A DNA stretch of 64,000 bases, taken from NCBI GenBank assembly GCA_965223335.1, contig OZ244991.1, positions 320,001 to 384,000 on the forward strand. The letters are read 5' to 3'. The position numbers and the translations under genes were made by a program. How positions within the stretch are numbered: position 1 is the first letter of the stretch; every line of letters begins with the position of its first letter. Below the pieces are notes generated by a model. The model did not search any database, was not told the DNA's origin, and saw only the letters and a program-made list of their open reading frames with translations. The stretch is from Thermodesulfobacteriota bacterium (lineage in GTDB: Bacteria; Desulfobacterota_D; UBA1144; Nemesobacterales; UBA2774). This document shows positions 29,048 to 39,853 of the stretch, piece by piece.

Positions 29048-30454
29048 ATGGCCAAAAAAGGTTTTAGGACCGAATCCGATTCCATGGGCGAGATGCAAGT
29101 CCCCACGCACGCATATTACGGCGCACAGACAGCACGTGCAATCGAGAATTTCCCAATAAGCGGCATTCGCAAACACAGTCTGTTAGTACAGGCACTCGGC
29201 ATGATCAAACTCTCTGCGGCCGAGTCCAATATGGAACTGGGCTTGCTTAGCAAAAAACTAGGTAGAGCTATAGTAAAAGCAGCCCAAGAGGTCATAGACG
29301 GCAAGCTTGACGACCACTTTGTACTCGATGTGTTCCAGACAGGGTCGGGCACATCTACCAACATGAATACCAATGAGGTAATAGCGAACAGAGCAAATGA
29401 GATACTGGGTGCTAAAAAGGGCGATAAGTCGAGTGTACACCCCAATGACCACGTCAATATGGGACAATCGAGTAACGACGTATATCCCACAGCACTCCAT
29501 GTCTCTGCGGTATTGGCAATAAACTCCAACCTGCTCCCCGCTCTTAAGAAACTGGAACGTACACTCAGATCCAAGGCTAAACAGTTCGATAAGATTGTAA
29601 AAATAGGACGCACACACCTACAAGACGCTACGCCTATCAGATTAGGCCAGGAATTTAGCGGCTACGAAAGCATGATTAGCCATGGTATTAGGCGCGTAAA
29701 CAACGCCAAGGTAGAGCTGGCGGAACTGGCGATAGGCGGCACAGCAGTAGGCACGGGGATTAATACACACCCCAGGTTCTCAAGGCTCGTATGCTCTAAA
29801 CTGAGTAAACTGGCTGGTGCAAAATTTAGGGAGGCTGAAAACCACTTTGAGGCCCAGGGCTCTAAAGACGCAGTTGTCGAAACCAGCGGGTCACTTAAAA
29901 CACTCGCGGTAAGCCTCATGAAGATCGCAAACGATCTTCGTTGGCTCGGTAGTGGTCCTCGCTGCGGGATAGGGGAGATTCATATCCCCCCTGTACAGCC
30001 AGGCTCATCAATTATGCCGGGTAAGGTAAACCCGGTTATACCCGAGGCCGTTTGCCAGGTTGCCGCACAGGTAATGGGCAATGACCTCACTATCACGATC
30101 GGGGGCCAGATGGGCAACTTTGAGCTAAACGTCATGATGCCAGTAAAGGGCCACAACCTGCTGCAGTCCATAGACCTCTTGGCCCGTGCTTCAGATGTAT
30201 TCGCCGATAAATGCATAAAGGGCATTAAAGCCGATAAAAAGCGCTGCAATGAACTGATCGAACAGAGCCTTGCCATGTGCACAAGCCTTGCACCCGTTAT
30301 CGGCTACGATAACGCTGCCAGCATAGCAAAAGAGGCCTATGCCACCGGAAAAACCGTAAGGGAAGTAGCCCTAGAAAACAAAGTGCTGTCTGCGGACAAG
30401 CTAAATGAGCTGCTAGACCCATGGTCAATGACAGAACCCGGGACAAAAAGCTAA
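29048..30454 (+). CDS. fumC: Class II fumarate hydratase
   Basis: QTGSGTSTNMN, GQSSND, GRTHLQDA, GSSIMPGKVNP. Confidence 0.96.
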   Translation: MAKKGFRTESDSMGEMQVPTHAYYGAQTARAIENFPISGIRKHSLLVQALGMIKLSAAESNMELGLLSKKLGRAIVKAAQEVIDGKLDDHFVLDVFQTGSGTSTNMNTNEVIANRANEILGAKKGDKSSVHPNDHVNMGQSSNDVYPTALHVSAVLAINSNLLPALKKLERTLRSKAKQFDKIVKIGRTHLQDATPIRLGQEFSGYESMISHGIRRVNNAKVELAELAIGGTAVGTGINTHPRFSRLVCSKLSKLAGAKFREAENHFEAQGSKDAVVETSGSLKTLAVSLMKIANDLRWLGSGPRCGIGEIHIPPVQPGSSIMPGKVNPVIPEAVCQVAAQVMGNDLTITIGGQMGNFELNVMMPVKGHNLLQSIDLLARASDVFADKCIKGIKADKKRCNELIEQSLAMCTSLAPVIGYDNAASIAKEAYATGKTVREVALENKVLSADKLNELLDPWSMTEPGTKS

Positions 30455-30484
30455 GGAGCTATGTTGGGTACAAGGCACCACGAG

Positions 30485-31195
30485 CTAAGATAAAAAACAC
30501 TCAAAGGCTTTTGAGACTAAGTCCTTCCCCCCAGTGGGGATAATGTCCCTGTGCGCCAAGAGCACGCGGTCGAAGTCGAGTGATAAGACCTTTTTTGCAG
30601 ACTCACGCGCTTTTGCTTTGTCCCTTAGAAAAACGTATCGGTCGATCCACGGTACTCTGGGCGGGCCGTATAACCCGAAGATTCGGGTAAATAATTTTAG
30701 TCCTCGTGGTAGCTCTTTTGGAAAATTAAATAACAGGTCTGTAAGCATGAGAGTCCTGCTCTCGGGGTGAAAAAACACCGTCTCGTTTAACTTGGGCATA
30801 CCCCCGAATACAAAATTTTCCAACTCTCCCTGAGTTCCGAATTGTGTGTCGTCCCCAAGCTCGCCGTCAAAGGTCAAATCCATTCTTTTCTTTGAGAGCC
30901 CCGGAGCACCCCATAGCTCGGCCTTGGGGTAAACATCGCACAATTGCGCTAAATAGAGATGATGAAATGTATTGGGTCCAACTATAAATTTTACTTCTCC
31001 TAAAGAATCCACCTCAGCTCTGAGCTTATCATTTAGACTAATGGGAGAGATCAAAACAAGCTCTTTCCCTCCAATCCTAATAACATTCATACGCGTCCCT
31101 AAATCGAATCCCATAAACTTGTGTGAGACACTCACAGTCCAGATGTTATCGGCAAGTTGAATTAAAGATAGCAGTTTTGAGCTCTGATTGTTCAT
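30485..31195 (-). CDS. DUF4336 family (metallo-beta-lactamase-like fold) protein
   Basis: GTRMNVIR, ISPI, GEVKFIVGPNTFHHLY, ETVFFHPESRTLMLTDLLFN, FDRVLLAH. Confidence 0.85.
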   Translation of the reverse strand: MNNQSSKLLSLIQLADNIWTVSVSHKFMGFDLGTRMNVIRIGGKELVLISPISLNDKLRAEVDSLGEVKFIVGPNTFHHLYLAQLCDVYPKAELWGAPGLSKKRMDLTFDGELGDDTQFGTQGELENFVFGGMPKLNETVFFHPESRTLMLTDLLFNFPKELPRGLKLFTRIFGLYGPPRVPWIDRYVFLRDKAKARESAKKVLSLDFDRVLLAHRDIIPTGGKDLVSKAFECFLS

Positions 31196-31422
31196 ACACG
31201 AATAGTATAAATGTTCTTTTCTTAATCACTAACTTGAGCTTATATTAACCAATAACAAGCTTACACCCACTTTATTGTGCATCTGCCTGCATTATTTTTA
31301 TCGCACAATCTTAACTTCCCGCAAACGCATGATAATTTTTTGTGCAATTGCGAAGAAAAACCCTTGACAACCCCATATGCAACCATTATATTATAGATAA
31401 ATCAGAAACTTGCTAGGAGGTC

Positions 31423-31848
31423 ATGAAAATGGCAACTGCAACAAAAAGCACTACAAAAACAAAAGATTTCACGGAGCCGCTAAAAGAGTTTTCCGGTCTA
31501 TTTAAAGAAAATTACAAAAACGGACTGGACTTCACTTTTTCGGTGCTAGAGCAGAACATCAAAGCTGTCAACGCACAAGTTGATCAGTGGTTTGAGCTCG
31601 AGAAGGACTACTTCAACACACTCGACGGTTACTACAAGGATCTTCCCAGGGAGCTGCCCTTTGTAAACGGCAACATTAAACCAGCTAAAGAACAGCTGGA
31701 CCGTCTGGTTGCTCTTAGGAAAGATCAGGTAGAAAACTTTAAGACCATGTCCGAGAAGGTCCTGAAAGAGACACGCTCATACGCAGAAGAGAACACTGAC
31801 AAGGCATTCTCGATCTTCGAAGACTACTTAAACACACTCAAGATATAA
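31423..31848 (+). CDS. Helical phasin-like protein
   Basis: Small amphipathic all-helical protein; SD AGGAGG; TTGACA promoter; TGC/GCA-rich motifs upstream; own terminator. Confidence 0.55.
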   Translation: MKMATATKSTTKTKDFTEPLKEFSGLFKENYKNGLDFTFSVLEQNIKAVNAQVDQWFELEKDYFNTLDGYYKDLPRELPFVNGNIKPAKEQLDRLVALRKDQVENFKTMSEKVLKETRSYAEENTDKAFSIFEDYLNTLKI

Positions 31849-31880
31849 GACCAGCTGATTTCGTAAATACCTCATTCGTT

Positions 31881-31926
31881 ACCCACATCCGATGACTGGC
31901 ATCGTCGGATGTGGGTTTCATTTTTT
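31881..31926 (+). terminator. Intrinsic terminator
   Basis: ACCCACATCCGATGA / TCGTCGGATGTGGGT stem followed by TTCATTTTTT. Confidence 0.85.
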
Positions 31927-32033
31927 ACTGCTCTACGAATTATCACAACCAATTACCGGATTGCATTTAACCGTCTAGCTATATACTATTTATCCTTAGT
32001 CACGTCTATCGAATTGAACGGAGGGCTCTTTGG

Positions 32034-32306
32034 ATGAGTACACTGTCTAAGCTTATACTACTGGCTTTATTTATCGTATGCGGTTGCAGCTATGCAAAAA
32101 GTGGTAAGGAGATCGGTATCGACTCACCGCTAAAAGAATCGAGAACCAAACAATCTCTGAGCAAGGCCCGCCAGGATGTTGAAGAATCCCGCAGGGACTA
32201 TGATAAGTGTATGAGCCGATACTCCCAAGACGAAACAAAGTGTCAAACCGAAAAAAAGCGGTATGACGAAGACGTAGAGACCTACACATCACTCCAAGCA
32301 AAGTAG
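32034..32306 (+). CDS. Small lipoprotein
   Basis: Lipobox-like IVCGC; helical coiled-coil with a Cys pair. Confidence 0.7.
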   Translation: MSTLSKLILLALFIVCGCSYAKSGKEIGIDSPLKESRTKQSLSKARQDVEESRRDYDKCMSRYSQDETKCQTEKKRYDEDVETYTSLQAK

Positions 32307-32371
32307 ACCCACGAGAGACAATTCTAGATTTCGTTTATCTATGTAGAAATTTGGGTTAAAAGCCGTAAGGG

Positions 32372-32791
32372 TTATCCGGCAAGTCCGGGAATAACACCCA
32401 GTTGCTGGAGCAAAGTAAGCCTGTCCCAGTTAATCCACACCTCGACAATCTTACCCTCGGCAAACCTATATATTGATGTGCCGGTTACTGAGACCTGCCT
32501 GTTGGTAGGGGGTATCCCCATAAACGTACCCTTATGCGTGAAACGAGTTATCCACCTTGTGGCAACCTTGTCATCCTCAGCTATCTGATCTTCGATGGTG
32601 GTGTAATGGTCGGTAAACGAAGTAGAATACGACTTTACCAGCTCACGATACTCGTCTCGTGTAAACGAGTTCTGTCCGATATGCACCACACAGTCCTCAG
32701 TACAGATCTCATCGGCAATAGCCAGGTTCTGCTTGTTCTGCATTTCGTTGATGTAAACATATGACATCACTTTATTTTCATCAACCGACAT
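32372..32791 (-). CDS. SnoaL-like ester cyclase (NTF2 fold)
   Basis: EDQIAEDDKVATRW, THKGTFMGIPPT, GKIVEVW..WD.L.LLQQLG. Confidence 0.9.
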   Translation of the reverse strand: MSVDENKVMSYVYINEMQNKQNLAIADEICTEDCVVHIGQNSFTRDEYRELVKSYSTSFTDHYTTIEDQIAEDDKVATRWITRFTHKGTFMGIPPTNRQVSVTGTSIYRFAEGKIVEVWINWDRLTLLQQLGVIPGLAG

Positions 32792-32990
32792 CTAATTCTC
32801 CTCTTGCATACACGCTCGGGGTTAGGTTATATAATAAAGTGTTTCACAGATTTTAATCTTGTCAACATAGATGATGTAATTCTAAAGCTTTTCAATGTAA
32901 TAATCTGTACACATTGCATTATCCGAACATAGATTTATTTCAATTGGAGTCGGATAAACAGCCGAGCATAATTACTACCGGAGGAACCAA

Positions 32991-33284
32991 ATGGCCAAAT
33001 ACATAATGCTTAGCGTGCTAACAGACGAGGGCAGAAAAACCGTAAAAATGAGACCCGAAAGAATTAAAGAGGTAAACACAGAGCTTGAAAAAATGGGTGT
33101 TAAGGTGCTAACTCAGTACGCTGTGCTCGGTCCCTACGACTTTGTGAATATCGTGGAAGCCCCCGACAACGAGACCATTACCAGGGTATCTACAGAGCTT
33201 GGCTCCAGAGGCACATTACAACTTATGACGCTTGCTGCCATACCAGTGGACGAATTCGAAAAGAAACTCTCCGACCCCGAGTAA
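32991..33284 (+). CDS. GYD-domain protein
   Basis: LTDEGRK, YAVLGPYDFVNIVEAPDNE, TLAA. Confidence 0.88.
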   Translation: MAKYIMLSVLTDEGRKTVKMRPERIKEVNTELEKMGVKVLTQYAVLGPYDFVNIVEAPDNETITRVSTELGSRGTLQLMTLAAIPVDEFEKKLSDPE

Positions 33285-33323
33285 ATGAACCTTTCCCACT
33301 TAACAAGTTTTGCTTGACGCCAT

Positions 33324-34862
33324 TTAGTAACGCATCTGAATGTCGAACAACAAGCTATAGTCCGCAATATCCTTTGCGGGCCCATGTACAGGGATTTGTA
33401 CCGCAACCCCGGGGCTGTACTTATTGCCGAACCTTATTCCCGGCGCTATATACAGGTCTGTCTTATCAAAGGTATCTGCTGTGGGAAACGTATAGCCGTC
33501 GAACTCAAAAAACACTGTAGGTGAAATCACTTCGATCGGCACACTAACGCCTACGGCAGAGGAATAATTCAATTTAAGCTCGAAATCATTGCTCTCCAGA
33601 TTCTTTGCGTTGAATATGAAGTCGGAACTCACACTGCCCTGAAGACTGAAAGCCCCCTTCCATAGTGCAGCGGATAGATAGGGAGAAGCACTAAAAGCCT
33701 GGTACAGGTAATCGGGAACATTCTTGCGGTATTTCACGACCTGCTGCAAACGGTCTTGGCTATCTGTAAATGACGTAGGGGTATAAAGATCTAAGCCCCC
33801 TGTAAAAAGAAAGTTTCTCGATTTTGCTAATATATGCTTGGCCCCTAACACTATGTTTCCGAGTTCATAACCGTCCCGTACCCTGATATCGCCGTCATCC
33901 ACATTGTTTATACCACCGTATGGTATACGCAGATAGAATGAAAATAACTGGCTTTTATCAGGGAACTCGATTCTGATCGGATAGAGAATAAACTCACCGT
34001 TTAAGCCCTCTTTAAGTACCTGTATCTCAAACTGTATCCCAATCCTGCCAAGCGGCATGGCAGGTTCGAAGAATAGCGGATATGCTAGGTCTATCCCCTT
34101 ACCCTTGCTCGGGCTTATTGTAAACGGGCCCTGGAACTCAAACGATCCCGACACAGGGTTTATGAGACCGAATTTTCTGTCCTTGGTGTAGATCCTAGAG
34201 GTATTGGCCAAATAAGCGGCAAACACAGCCAGTTGGTTATCCTGCTCTATAAGCCAGTCCGACAGTTTCTCGAAACCGTAGCCAAGCGGCACACCCACAA
34301 GTGGGGTAGAGATCAGGTCCTGGGCCGAGGGTCTAATCGCCGGGCCTTCAATTGCGTATTCGAAAAGCGTGCTTTGGATAGCAGAACCGAGCGCCGATGC
34401 CCAAAAACTATGCCCCCTTGCCCTGTAGTACTGATACGAGACCATCCCGAAAAACGGGTGGAGCACCCAGTTGGTAAACCACGCGTCACCGTCCTCCCAC
34501 ACAGGTCCATCGGTAATATTATCCCACCATTTTGAGAACGAGGAATCAAAAATCTTGACGTTTTTGTCCCTAACATAATAGAGCCTAACCGCCCATGAGG
34601 CACCGTAGTATATCGCGGTGTCCTTCATGTAGGCACCGAAACCCGGGGGTTTTAGGTCATCTATGTCCGGAGACTCAGCTTTGGGGACTTCCGATGCTTG
34701 ATTCTCGTCTACCGAATGCTGCTCGGGATCATAAAACACATACCTGTCCAAGGGATCGGCCGACACGTTGCCGGTATTACAAACTGTAAAGAGGATAAAA
34801 GCCGATAAGATGTATAAAGCTACTCTCAGCACCGATACTTTCTCCGCCGCAATTCGAAACAC
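33324..34862 (-). CDS. DUF3943-domain protein with C-terminal beta-barrel-like region (paralog B)
   Basis: DGDAWFTNWVLHP..G...YRARG...LFEY..E...PSAQDL..TP..G; C-term amphipathic strands ending FDIQMRY. Confidence 0.75.
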   Translation of the reverse strand: MFRIAAEKVSVLRVALYILSAFILFTVCNTGNVSADPLDRYVFYDPEQHSVDENQASEVPKAESPDIDDLKPPGFGAYMKDTAIYYGASWAVRLYYVRDKNVKIFDSSFSKWWDNITDGPVWEDGDAWFTNWVLHPFFGMVSYQYYRARGHSFWASALGSAIQSTLFEYAIEGPAIRPSAQDLISTPLVGVPLGYGFEKLSDWLIEQDNQLAVFAAYLANTSRIYTKDRKFGLINPVSGSFEFQGPFTISPSKGKGIDLAYPLFFEPAMPLGRIGIQFEIQVLKEGLNGEFILYPIRIEFPDKSQLFSFYLRIPYGGINNVDDGDIRVRDGYELGNIVLGAKHILAKSRNFLFTGGLDLYTPTSFTDSQDRLQQVVKYRKNVPDYLYQAFSASPYLSAALWKGAFSLQGSVSSDFIFNAKNLESNDFELKLNYSSAVGVSVPIEVISPTVFFEFDGYTFPTADTFDKTDLYIAPGIRFGNKYSPGVAVQIPVHGPAKDIADYSLLFDIQMRY

Positions 34863-35018
34863 AGTTTAGTTCTGAGGGATTTATTTAAGGTATCCTCCGA
34901 AATTACTACCTCCCCCCTCAAAACCAAATTCTAACCACAATTCGTCTAAAATGAAAGTTTAATAACTATAATTGTCTGTGTCTTTCATTGGTTATAAAGG
35001 CGGCATTAAACCCACTGG

Positions 35019-36602
35019 CTAAAACCTGAGCTGAAAATCAAATAGGTAGCTTATGCGAGCTACATCGGTTGAGGGACCCGACATTGGGAGCTGGACCGCA
35101 AATCCTGGGCTGTACTTTTTCCAGAGCCTAATACCGGATGTAAAGAAGTAATCGTTTTTCCCGAATGTGTCTGCAGTTAGCTGCGAATAACCGTTAAACT
35201 CGGCAAACAGAACAGGTGATGTAGGTATGGGGATATTGGCACCCACAGCAGCATGGTATTTAAGTCTAAACTCAAAGTTGTTGCCCTCTAGGTTCCTTGC
35301 GTTAAATACCCAGTCAGTCCCCACATTGGCCTGTAAGCTAAGGAAATTCTTCCACACAGCCCCCGACAGATAAGGGCTAAACGTAGTCGCACCCTTTAGG
35401 TGCAGGGGATAATTCCTCCTAAACAATATTACGGTCTGAAGCCTATCGATGTTGTCTTTATACGCAGTGGGTAATATCAGATCGGTCCCCGCAGTTAATA
35501 CAAAGTTACGCGACTTTGCAAGCATGTGCTTGCCACCGATCAGCAAGTTGGCAAACTCAAAACCGTCATTTATGACCTCTTCCCCTATAACCACACTGTT
35601 TACACCAGCCTGTTGAATCTGAACATATAGTCCCCAGAGAGTGTTCTTAGACGGCAGGTCGACACGTACAGAGTAAAAAATAAACTCACCATGATCTAGA
35701 GACCGCTTTAGGTTAACTACCTCAAGGTCTGCAGTTGCCCTCCCAATAGGGATTGGCTCTTCAAAGAACAGAGGATATGAGAGCATTATCGCCTCGGATT
35801 TATTGGGTGTGAAATCAATCGGGCCGCTTATCGACATAAAACTCTTGGCAAGCGGGTTATAAACCCCGAACTGCCTGTCCTTAATAAAGTTACGCATCGG
35901 GTTTACAATATGGCCCGCAATCTTTGCCGGCACAAAATCTGTCTCGACCAGCCAGTCAGAGGCCTCATAAAACACAAACCCCATAGGTGCACCTATGAGT
36001 GGTGTGAATATAAGGTCTTTCATCGACGGGGTCTCCACTATGCCCTCTACCGTGTACTCAAACAAAGTGCTCATTAGAACAGAGCCCAGAGCCGAAACCC
36101 ACTCGTCATGCCCGAGGGTCCGGTACCACAGGTAGTACTGTGCGCCTATAATTGGATGCACCACGAAATTTGTGAAAGTTGAGTCCCCATCATCCCATTC
36201 GGGCCACTTTGTAATATTGTCCCACCAATCAGATAACGATGTATTGAATATCCTGCTGTTTTTGTTCCTGACATAAAAGAACCTCACAGCCCATAACCCT
36301 AGATACCCAGCCCCTGTGTCGCGCAAAAATTCCTTTGTGCCGAGTGACTGCTTCGCAGCCTCCGAGAGTTCCGTATTATCGTTGCTATTATTTGTTAGCT
36401 CCGAGGCAAGCGAATACCGCGAATGCGAGTATTCCAGCAGATCATCCACCGTAATGTCATTGGCTGCAAATGCCACGCATTCCGATACCAATAGAAATAG
36501 TATTGCCAATATTAGAGAAATAGACCTCACTCTACTCTCCTGCGTAAATAGAGATATATTATATAAACAATTTAGATCAAATTGGGGATGAAGGATACAC
36601 AA
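35019..36602 (-). CDS. DUF3943-domain protein with C-terminal beta-barrel-like region (paralog A); true start may be further downstream
   Basis: DDGDSTFTNFVVHP..G..YY...R..G...LFEY..E...PSMKDL..TP..G; ends FDFQLRF. Confidence 0.75.
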   Translation of the reverse strand: MCILHPQFDLNCLYNISLFTQESRVRSISLILAILFLLVSECVAFAANDITVDDLLEYSHSRYSLASELTNNSNDNTELSEAAKQSLGTKEFLRDTGAGYLGLWAVRFFYVRNKNSRIFNTSLSDWWDNITKWPEWDDGDSTFTNFVVHPIIGAQYYLWYRTLGHDEWVSALGSVLMSTLFEYTVEGIVETPSMKDLIFTPLIGAPMGFVFYEASDWLVETDFVPAKIAGHIVNPMRNFIKDRQFGVYNPLAKSFMSISGPIDFTPNKSEAIMLSYPLFFEEPIPIGRATADLEVVNLKRSLDHGEFIFYSVRVDLPSKNTLWGLYVQIQQAGVNSVVIGEEVINDGFEFANLLIGGKHMLAKSRNFVLTAGTDLILPTAYKDNIDRLQTVILFRRNYPLHLKGATTFSPYLSGAVWKNFLSLQANVGTDWVFNARNLEGNNFEFRLKYHAAVGANIPIPTSPVLFAEFNGYSQLTADTFGKNDYFFTSGIRLWKKYSPGFAVQLPMSGPSTDVARISYLFDFQLRF

Positions 36603-36624
36603 AAAGCATCTTATTTAAAGAGTA

Positions 36625-37782
36625 TTACTTAATACCAAGCAATCTCTTAGCCCTAGCTTCCCACGTATACCTCCTAGCATCCTCCCCTGCTTTCTTTCCT
36701 ACCTCCTCAGCTAACGTACTGTTGTTTATTGCCGATTCCACTCCCTCAGCAAATGCCTCGCTACTATCGGGTTCAACAACTATTGCGTTCTCCCCGTCGG
36801 TCAAGATCTCCAATACAGACGGGATCCCGGTAGCCACTATCGGGCGAGCTGCCGCCATATACTCAAATAACTTTATAGGGGACGTAAAATCCGTTGCCCT
36901 GGTCCCGTCTTTAATAGTCATCTGTGATGTGTAGGGCATTACAAGCACATCAGCTGCACTTAAATATGTCGGCACGTCCGCATGCGGCACAAAACCGATG
37001 AACCAAACATTATTAAGCCCCTTTGAGTCCACTAAGCGTGTGTACCTGTCGATGTCCGTATCCAGCCCCCCGACTATAACAAACAGTGCCTGGGGCAGTC
37101 GTGATGCAGTATCGATTATCAGCTCTATCCCCCTACCTGCGTAGATGTTGCCCGAGTAACACACAATTGTTTTGTCTTGGGGCAAGCCGACTCTATTCCT
37201 TGCATCGGTTTTAGGCGGCAGTTCGGTGTAGGCTTCGAGATCTACTCCGTTTGGAGCTACCATGAGTTTATCTTCGCTTAGTCCCTCATTCACATAAATT
37301 TGTCCAAGCCCCTTTGAGTTTGTGCTGAACCTCACGAGGTGCTCCGAGTCTTTAAACGCCCTAAACATAAAACTTGCCCCTTTAACCAGGGGATGATGAG
37401 CATCGTAAACTGTAGGTATGTTGAAATACATAGTTGATAAATATGTATAAACAATATTTCTTGTAATTACCAAATCAAATTTTTGCCTGTTCCTCTTAGT
37501 ATATATCGAGCATGTAATACCGTGGTATATATTCCTCAGTGATGCGTTATCGAAATAGCGGAACTTAACTATCTCAAAATCCTGCCCGACCCCATAGTAC
37601 TCGTAAATATCTATATCACTCTGCTTATACGGGATCAACAGTGTTACCTCAATCCCCATTCGGCTCATTGCACTGCACATTTTCATTATATGCACAGCAC
37701 TGGCCCCTTTGGTAAAAAGTGGGGGACTTCCAACATAAAACACTCTTTTAATCTGAGTCATCATAACAGGATTTTGTCTCAC
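36625..37782 (-). CDS. Glycosyltransferase family 4 (GT-B)
   Basis: APNGVD, YSGNIYAGRG, GFVPH..VP.YLSAADVLVMP, SPIKLFEYMAAARPIV. Confidence 0.92.
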   Translation of the reverse strand: MRQNPVMMTQIKRVFYVGSPPLFTKGASAVHIMKMCSAMSRMGIEVTLLIPYKQSDIDIYEYYGVGQDFEIVKFRYFDNASLRNIYHGITCSIYTKRNRQKFDLVITRNIVYTYLSTMYFNIPTVYDAHHPLVKGASFMFRAFKDSEHLVRFSTNSKGLGQIYVNEGLSEDKLMVAPNGVDLEAYTELPPKTDARNRVGLPQDKTIVCYSGNIYAGRGIELIIDTASRLPQALFVIVGGLDTDIDRYTRLVDSKGLNNVWFIGFVPHADVPTYLSAADVLVMPYTSQMTIKDGTRATDFTSPIKLFEYMAAARPIVATGIPSVLEILTDGENAIVVEPDSSEAFAEGVESAINNSTLAEEVGKKAGEDARRYTWEARAKRLLGIK

Positions 37783-37915
37783 ACCGACCAGCTACCATAA
37801 TATACTGCATTCGAAAAAATTAGTATTCGAAATATATTATTGGATAGTTATACATAGTAAAATAAATTCGCGCACTATATACTAATTGCACTAAATCAAG
37901 TGTCCGGATTTATCA

Positions 37916-39184
37916 ATGAAAATACGATCGATAAGAGGGTTCCACGATATCCTACCTGAAAGCACTGGGAAGTGGCGGAGGATAGAGGACATCGCCAGCT
38001 CTACATTTGAGCTATACGGCTATAATGAGATCCGTATCCCCGTGCTCGAGCACACAGAGCTCTTTGCAAGGAGCATCGGGGGCACGACCGATATAGTCGA
38101 GAAAGAGATGTACACGTTTGAGGACCGTGACGGCTCTTCGCTTACACTTCGCCCCGAGGGCACAGCCGGGGTCGTAAGGTCATATATCGAACACTCAATA
38201 TACGCTAAACAGCCGCTCTCAAAGCTATATTACTCGGGGATGATGTTTAGGCACGAGAGACCGCAAAAAGGCCGCTTCAGGGGGTTTTATCAAATCGGGG
38301 CAGAGCTATTGGGAACCGACGAGGCCGAGGCCGATGCAGAGATGATAGATATGCTCTGGGCTCTCTTTAAACGCATAGGGCTTGATAGCTCTATTAAAAT
38401 TGAGATCAACTCGATCGGCGACGAAAACTGCAGGCCAAAATATAAACAGTTGCTAGTGGACTATTTCCGCTCACAGATATCCGGTCTGTGCGAGGACTGT
38501 GTTAAACGACTCGATACCAATCCGCTCCGTATACTGGATTGCAAAAAACCCGGGTGCCGAGAGGTTGCCCAGGATGCACCTTCGATGCTCGACTCTCTAT
38601 GCAACGAGTGCAGCTCTCATTTCGGTACGTTAAAATCATCACTGGATCTGCTCAAGATCCCCTACAGCATTAATCCGAAAATTGTTCGGGGACTCGATTA
38701 CTACACAAAAACTGTCTTTGAGCTCACCACCGATAAGCTCGGGTCCCAAAACGCAGTCGCTGCCGGGGGCAGATATGACCTGTTGGTAGAGGAGATGGGA
38801 GGACCCCCCACACCAGCAGTAGGGTTTGCAATGGGCATAGAGCGGCTGGTTTTGCTCCACGATACCGTCACCGCCGGTGACCCCGTTCAAGGGATTCAGG
38901 TGTTTATTGCCCACCATGGACCGAGCGCGAAACTAAAAGCCCTCGAACTGGCTAATAAGCTTAGGACCGAGGGTGTATCCACCGATATTGACTACGAAAG
39001 CAAGAGCCTAAAGAGCCAATTGAAAAGGGCCAACAAACTCAACGCAGATTTTTGTTTCATATTGGGCGAGGACGAGATAACAAACTCAACAGTCACGGTA
39101 AGGGATATGAAAAACAGCGAGGAGGAACAAATAGGACTCGAAGAAGTTCTGGAAAATCTTTCGCGTTATAGGTCTGGTGGATAA
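37916..39184 (+). CDS. hisS: Histidyl-tRNA synthetase
   Basis: LRPEGTA, FRHERPQKGRFRGFYQIGAE, VRGLDYY, AGGRYD, GFAMGIER. Confidence 0.98.
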   Translation: MKIRSIRGFHDILPESTGKWRRIEDIASSTFELYGYNEIRIPVLEHTELFARSIGGTTDIVEKEMYTFEDRDGSSLTLRPEGTAGVVRSYIEHSIYAKQPLSKLYYSGMMFRHERPQKGRFRGFYQIGAELLGTDEAEADAEMIDMLWALFKRIGLDSSIKIEINSIGDENCRPKYKQLLVDYFRSQISGLCEDCVKRLDTNPLRILDCKKPGCREVAQDAPSMLDSLCNECSSHFGTLKSSLDLLKIPYSINPKIVRGLDYYTKTVFELTTDKLGSQNAVAAGGRYDLLVEEMGGPPTPAVGFAMGIERLVLLHDTVTAGDPVQGIQVFIAHHGPSAKLKALELANKLRTEGVSTDIDYESKSLKSQLKRANKLNADFCFILGEDEITNSTVTVRDMKNSEEEQIGLEEVLENLSRYRSGG

Positions 39185-39197
39185 TCACTCGGGCGCA

Positions 39198-39716
39198 CTA
39201 TTTGGGCTTGTTCACAACCTTATAGTCCTCAATGAACAGGTCAACAAGCTCGCCCAAGGCCTTGCCCACACACTCGTTTAAAACCTCGGGGCTACAGGAA
39301 AACAGCTTGCCCACACTCCACGTAGAGCCCGTGGTGGATATACTCTCGCCCAGTTTTGTCCCCATTATTACTATGGCCCGGTTAAGGTCTATATCTATGT
39401 ACACAGCGTAGTAATTCTCAGACTCCGATTTACTCGCAATCACCTTTATGTACAGGTAAGAACCCCCAAATACATTAAACCACTTCCTCTCCTCGAGCAC
39501 ATTAATATCGGCGTCGCGCAGTCTGTTTTCGACAAATTGCCTTAGCCCCTCTTTGCTAAGCCCGTCTGCAGAGGCTGAGTCAGAGATCTCTTCCAGTATC
39601 ACCGCGGTTCCCGTAACCCCCCTAAGCGTAGCACTGCTCGGGAGTGGGTATGCCAGCTTCGCACACAGACCAAAAACAAACAAGCTCATCAGTAGCATTG
39701 AGAACAGTTTTATCAT
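39198..39716 (-). CDS. Exported hypothetical protein
   Basis: Signal peptide; alpha/beta pattern; no recognised motif. Confidence 0.7.
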   Translation of the reverse strand: MIKLFSMLLMSLFVFGLCAKLAYPLPSSATLRGVTGTAVILEEISDSASADGLSKEGLRQFVENRLRDADINVLEERKWFNVFGGSYLYIKVIASKSESENYYAVYIDIDLNRAIVIMGTKLGESISTTGSTWSVGKLFSCSPEVLNECVGKALGELVDLFIEDYKVVNKPK

Positions 39717-39853
39717 AGCTAGAGTTCTCCGAATATGTATTCAATATGCCTTATATATCCCATAATATAAACGGCAAATTGTCTTATATGAGAATTTTTA
39801 TATTTATTAGCTCGACTTTTTTGGGGAAGGAGGGTTATGGAGCTTACTCAATG

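Noticed and set aside
30130..30160. Lys in FumC VMMPVKGHN at a usually hydrophobic position
   Set aside because: Single substitution outside catalytic motifs; could be natural or a base error
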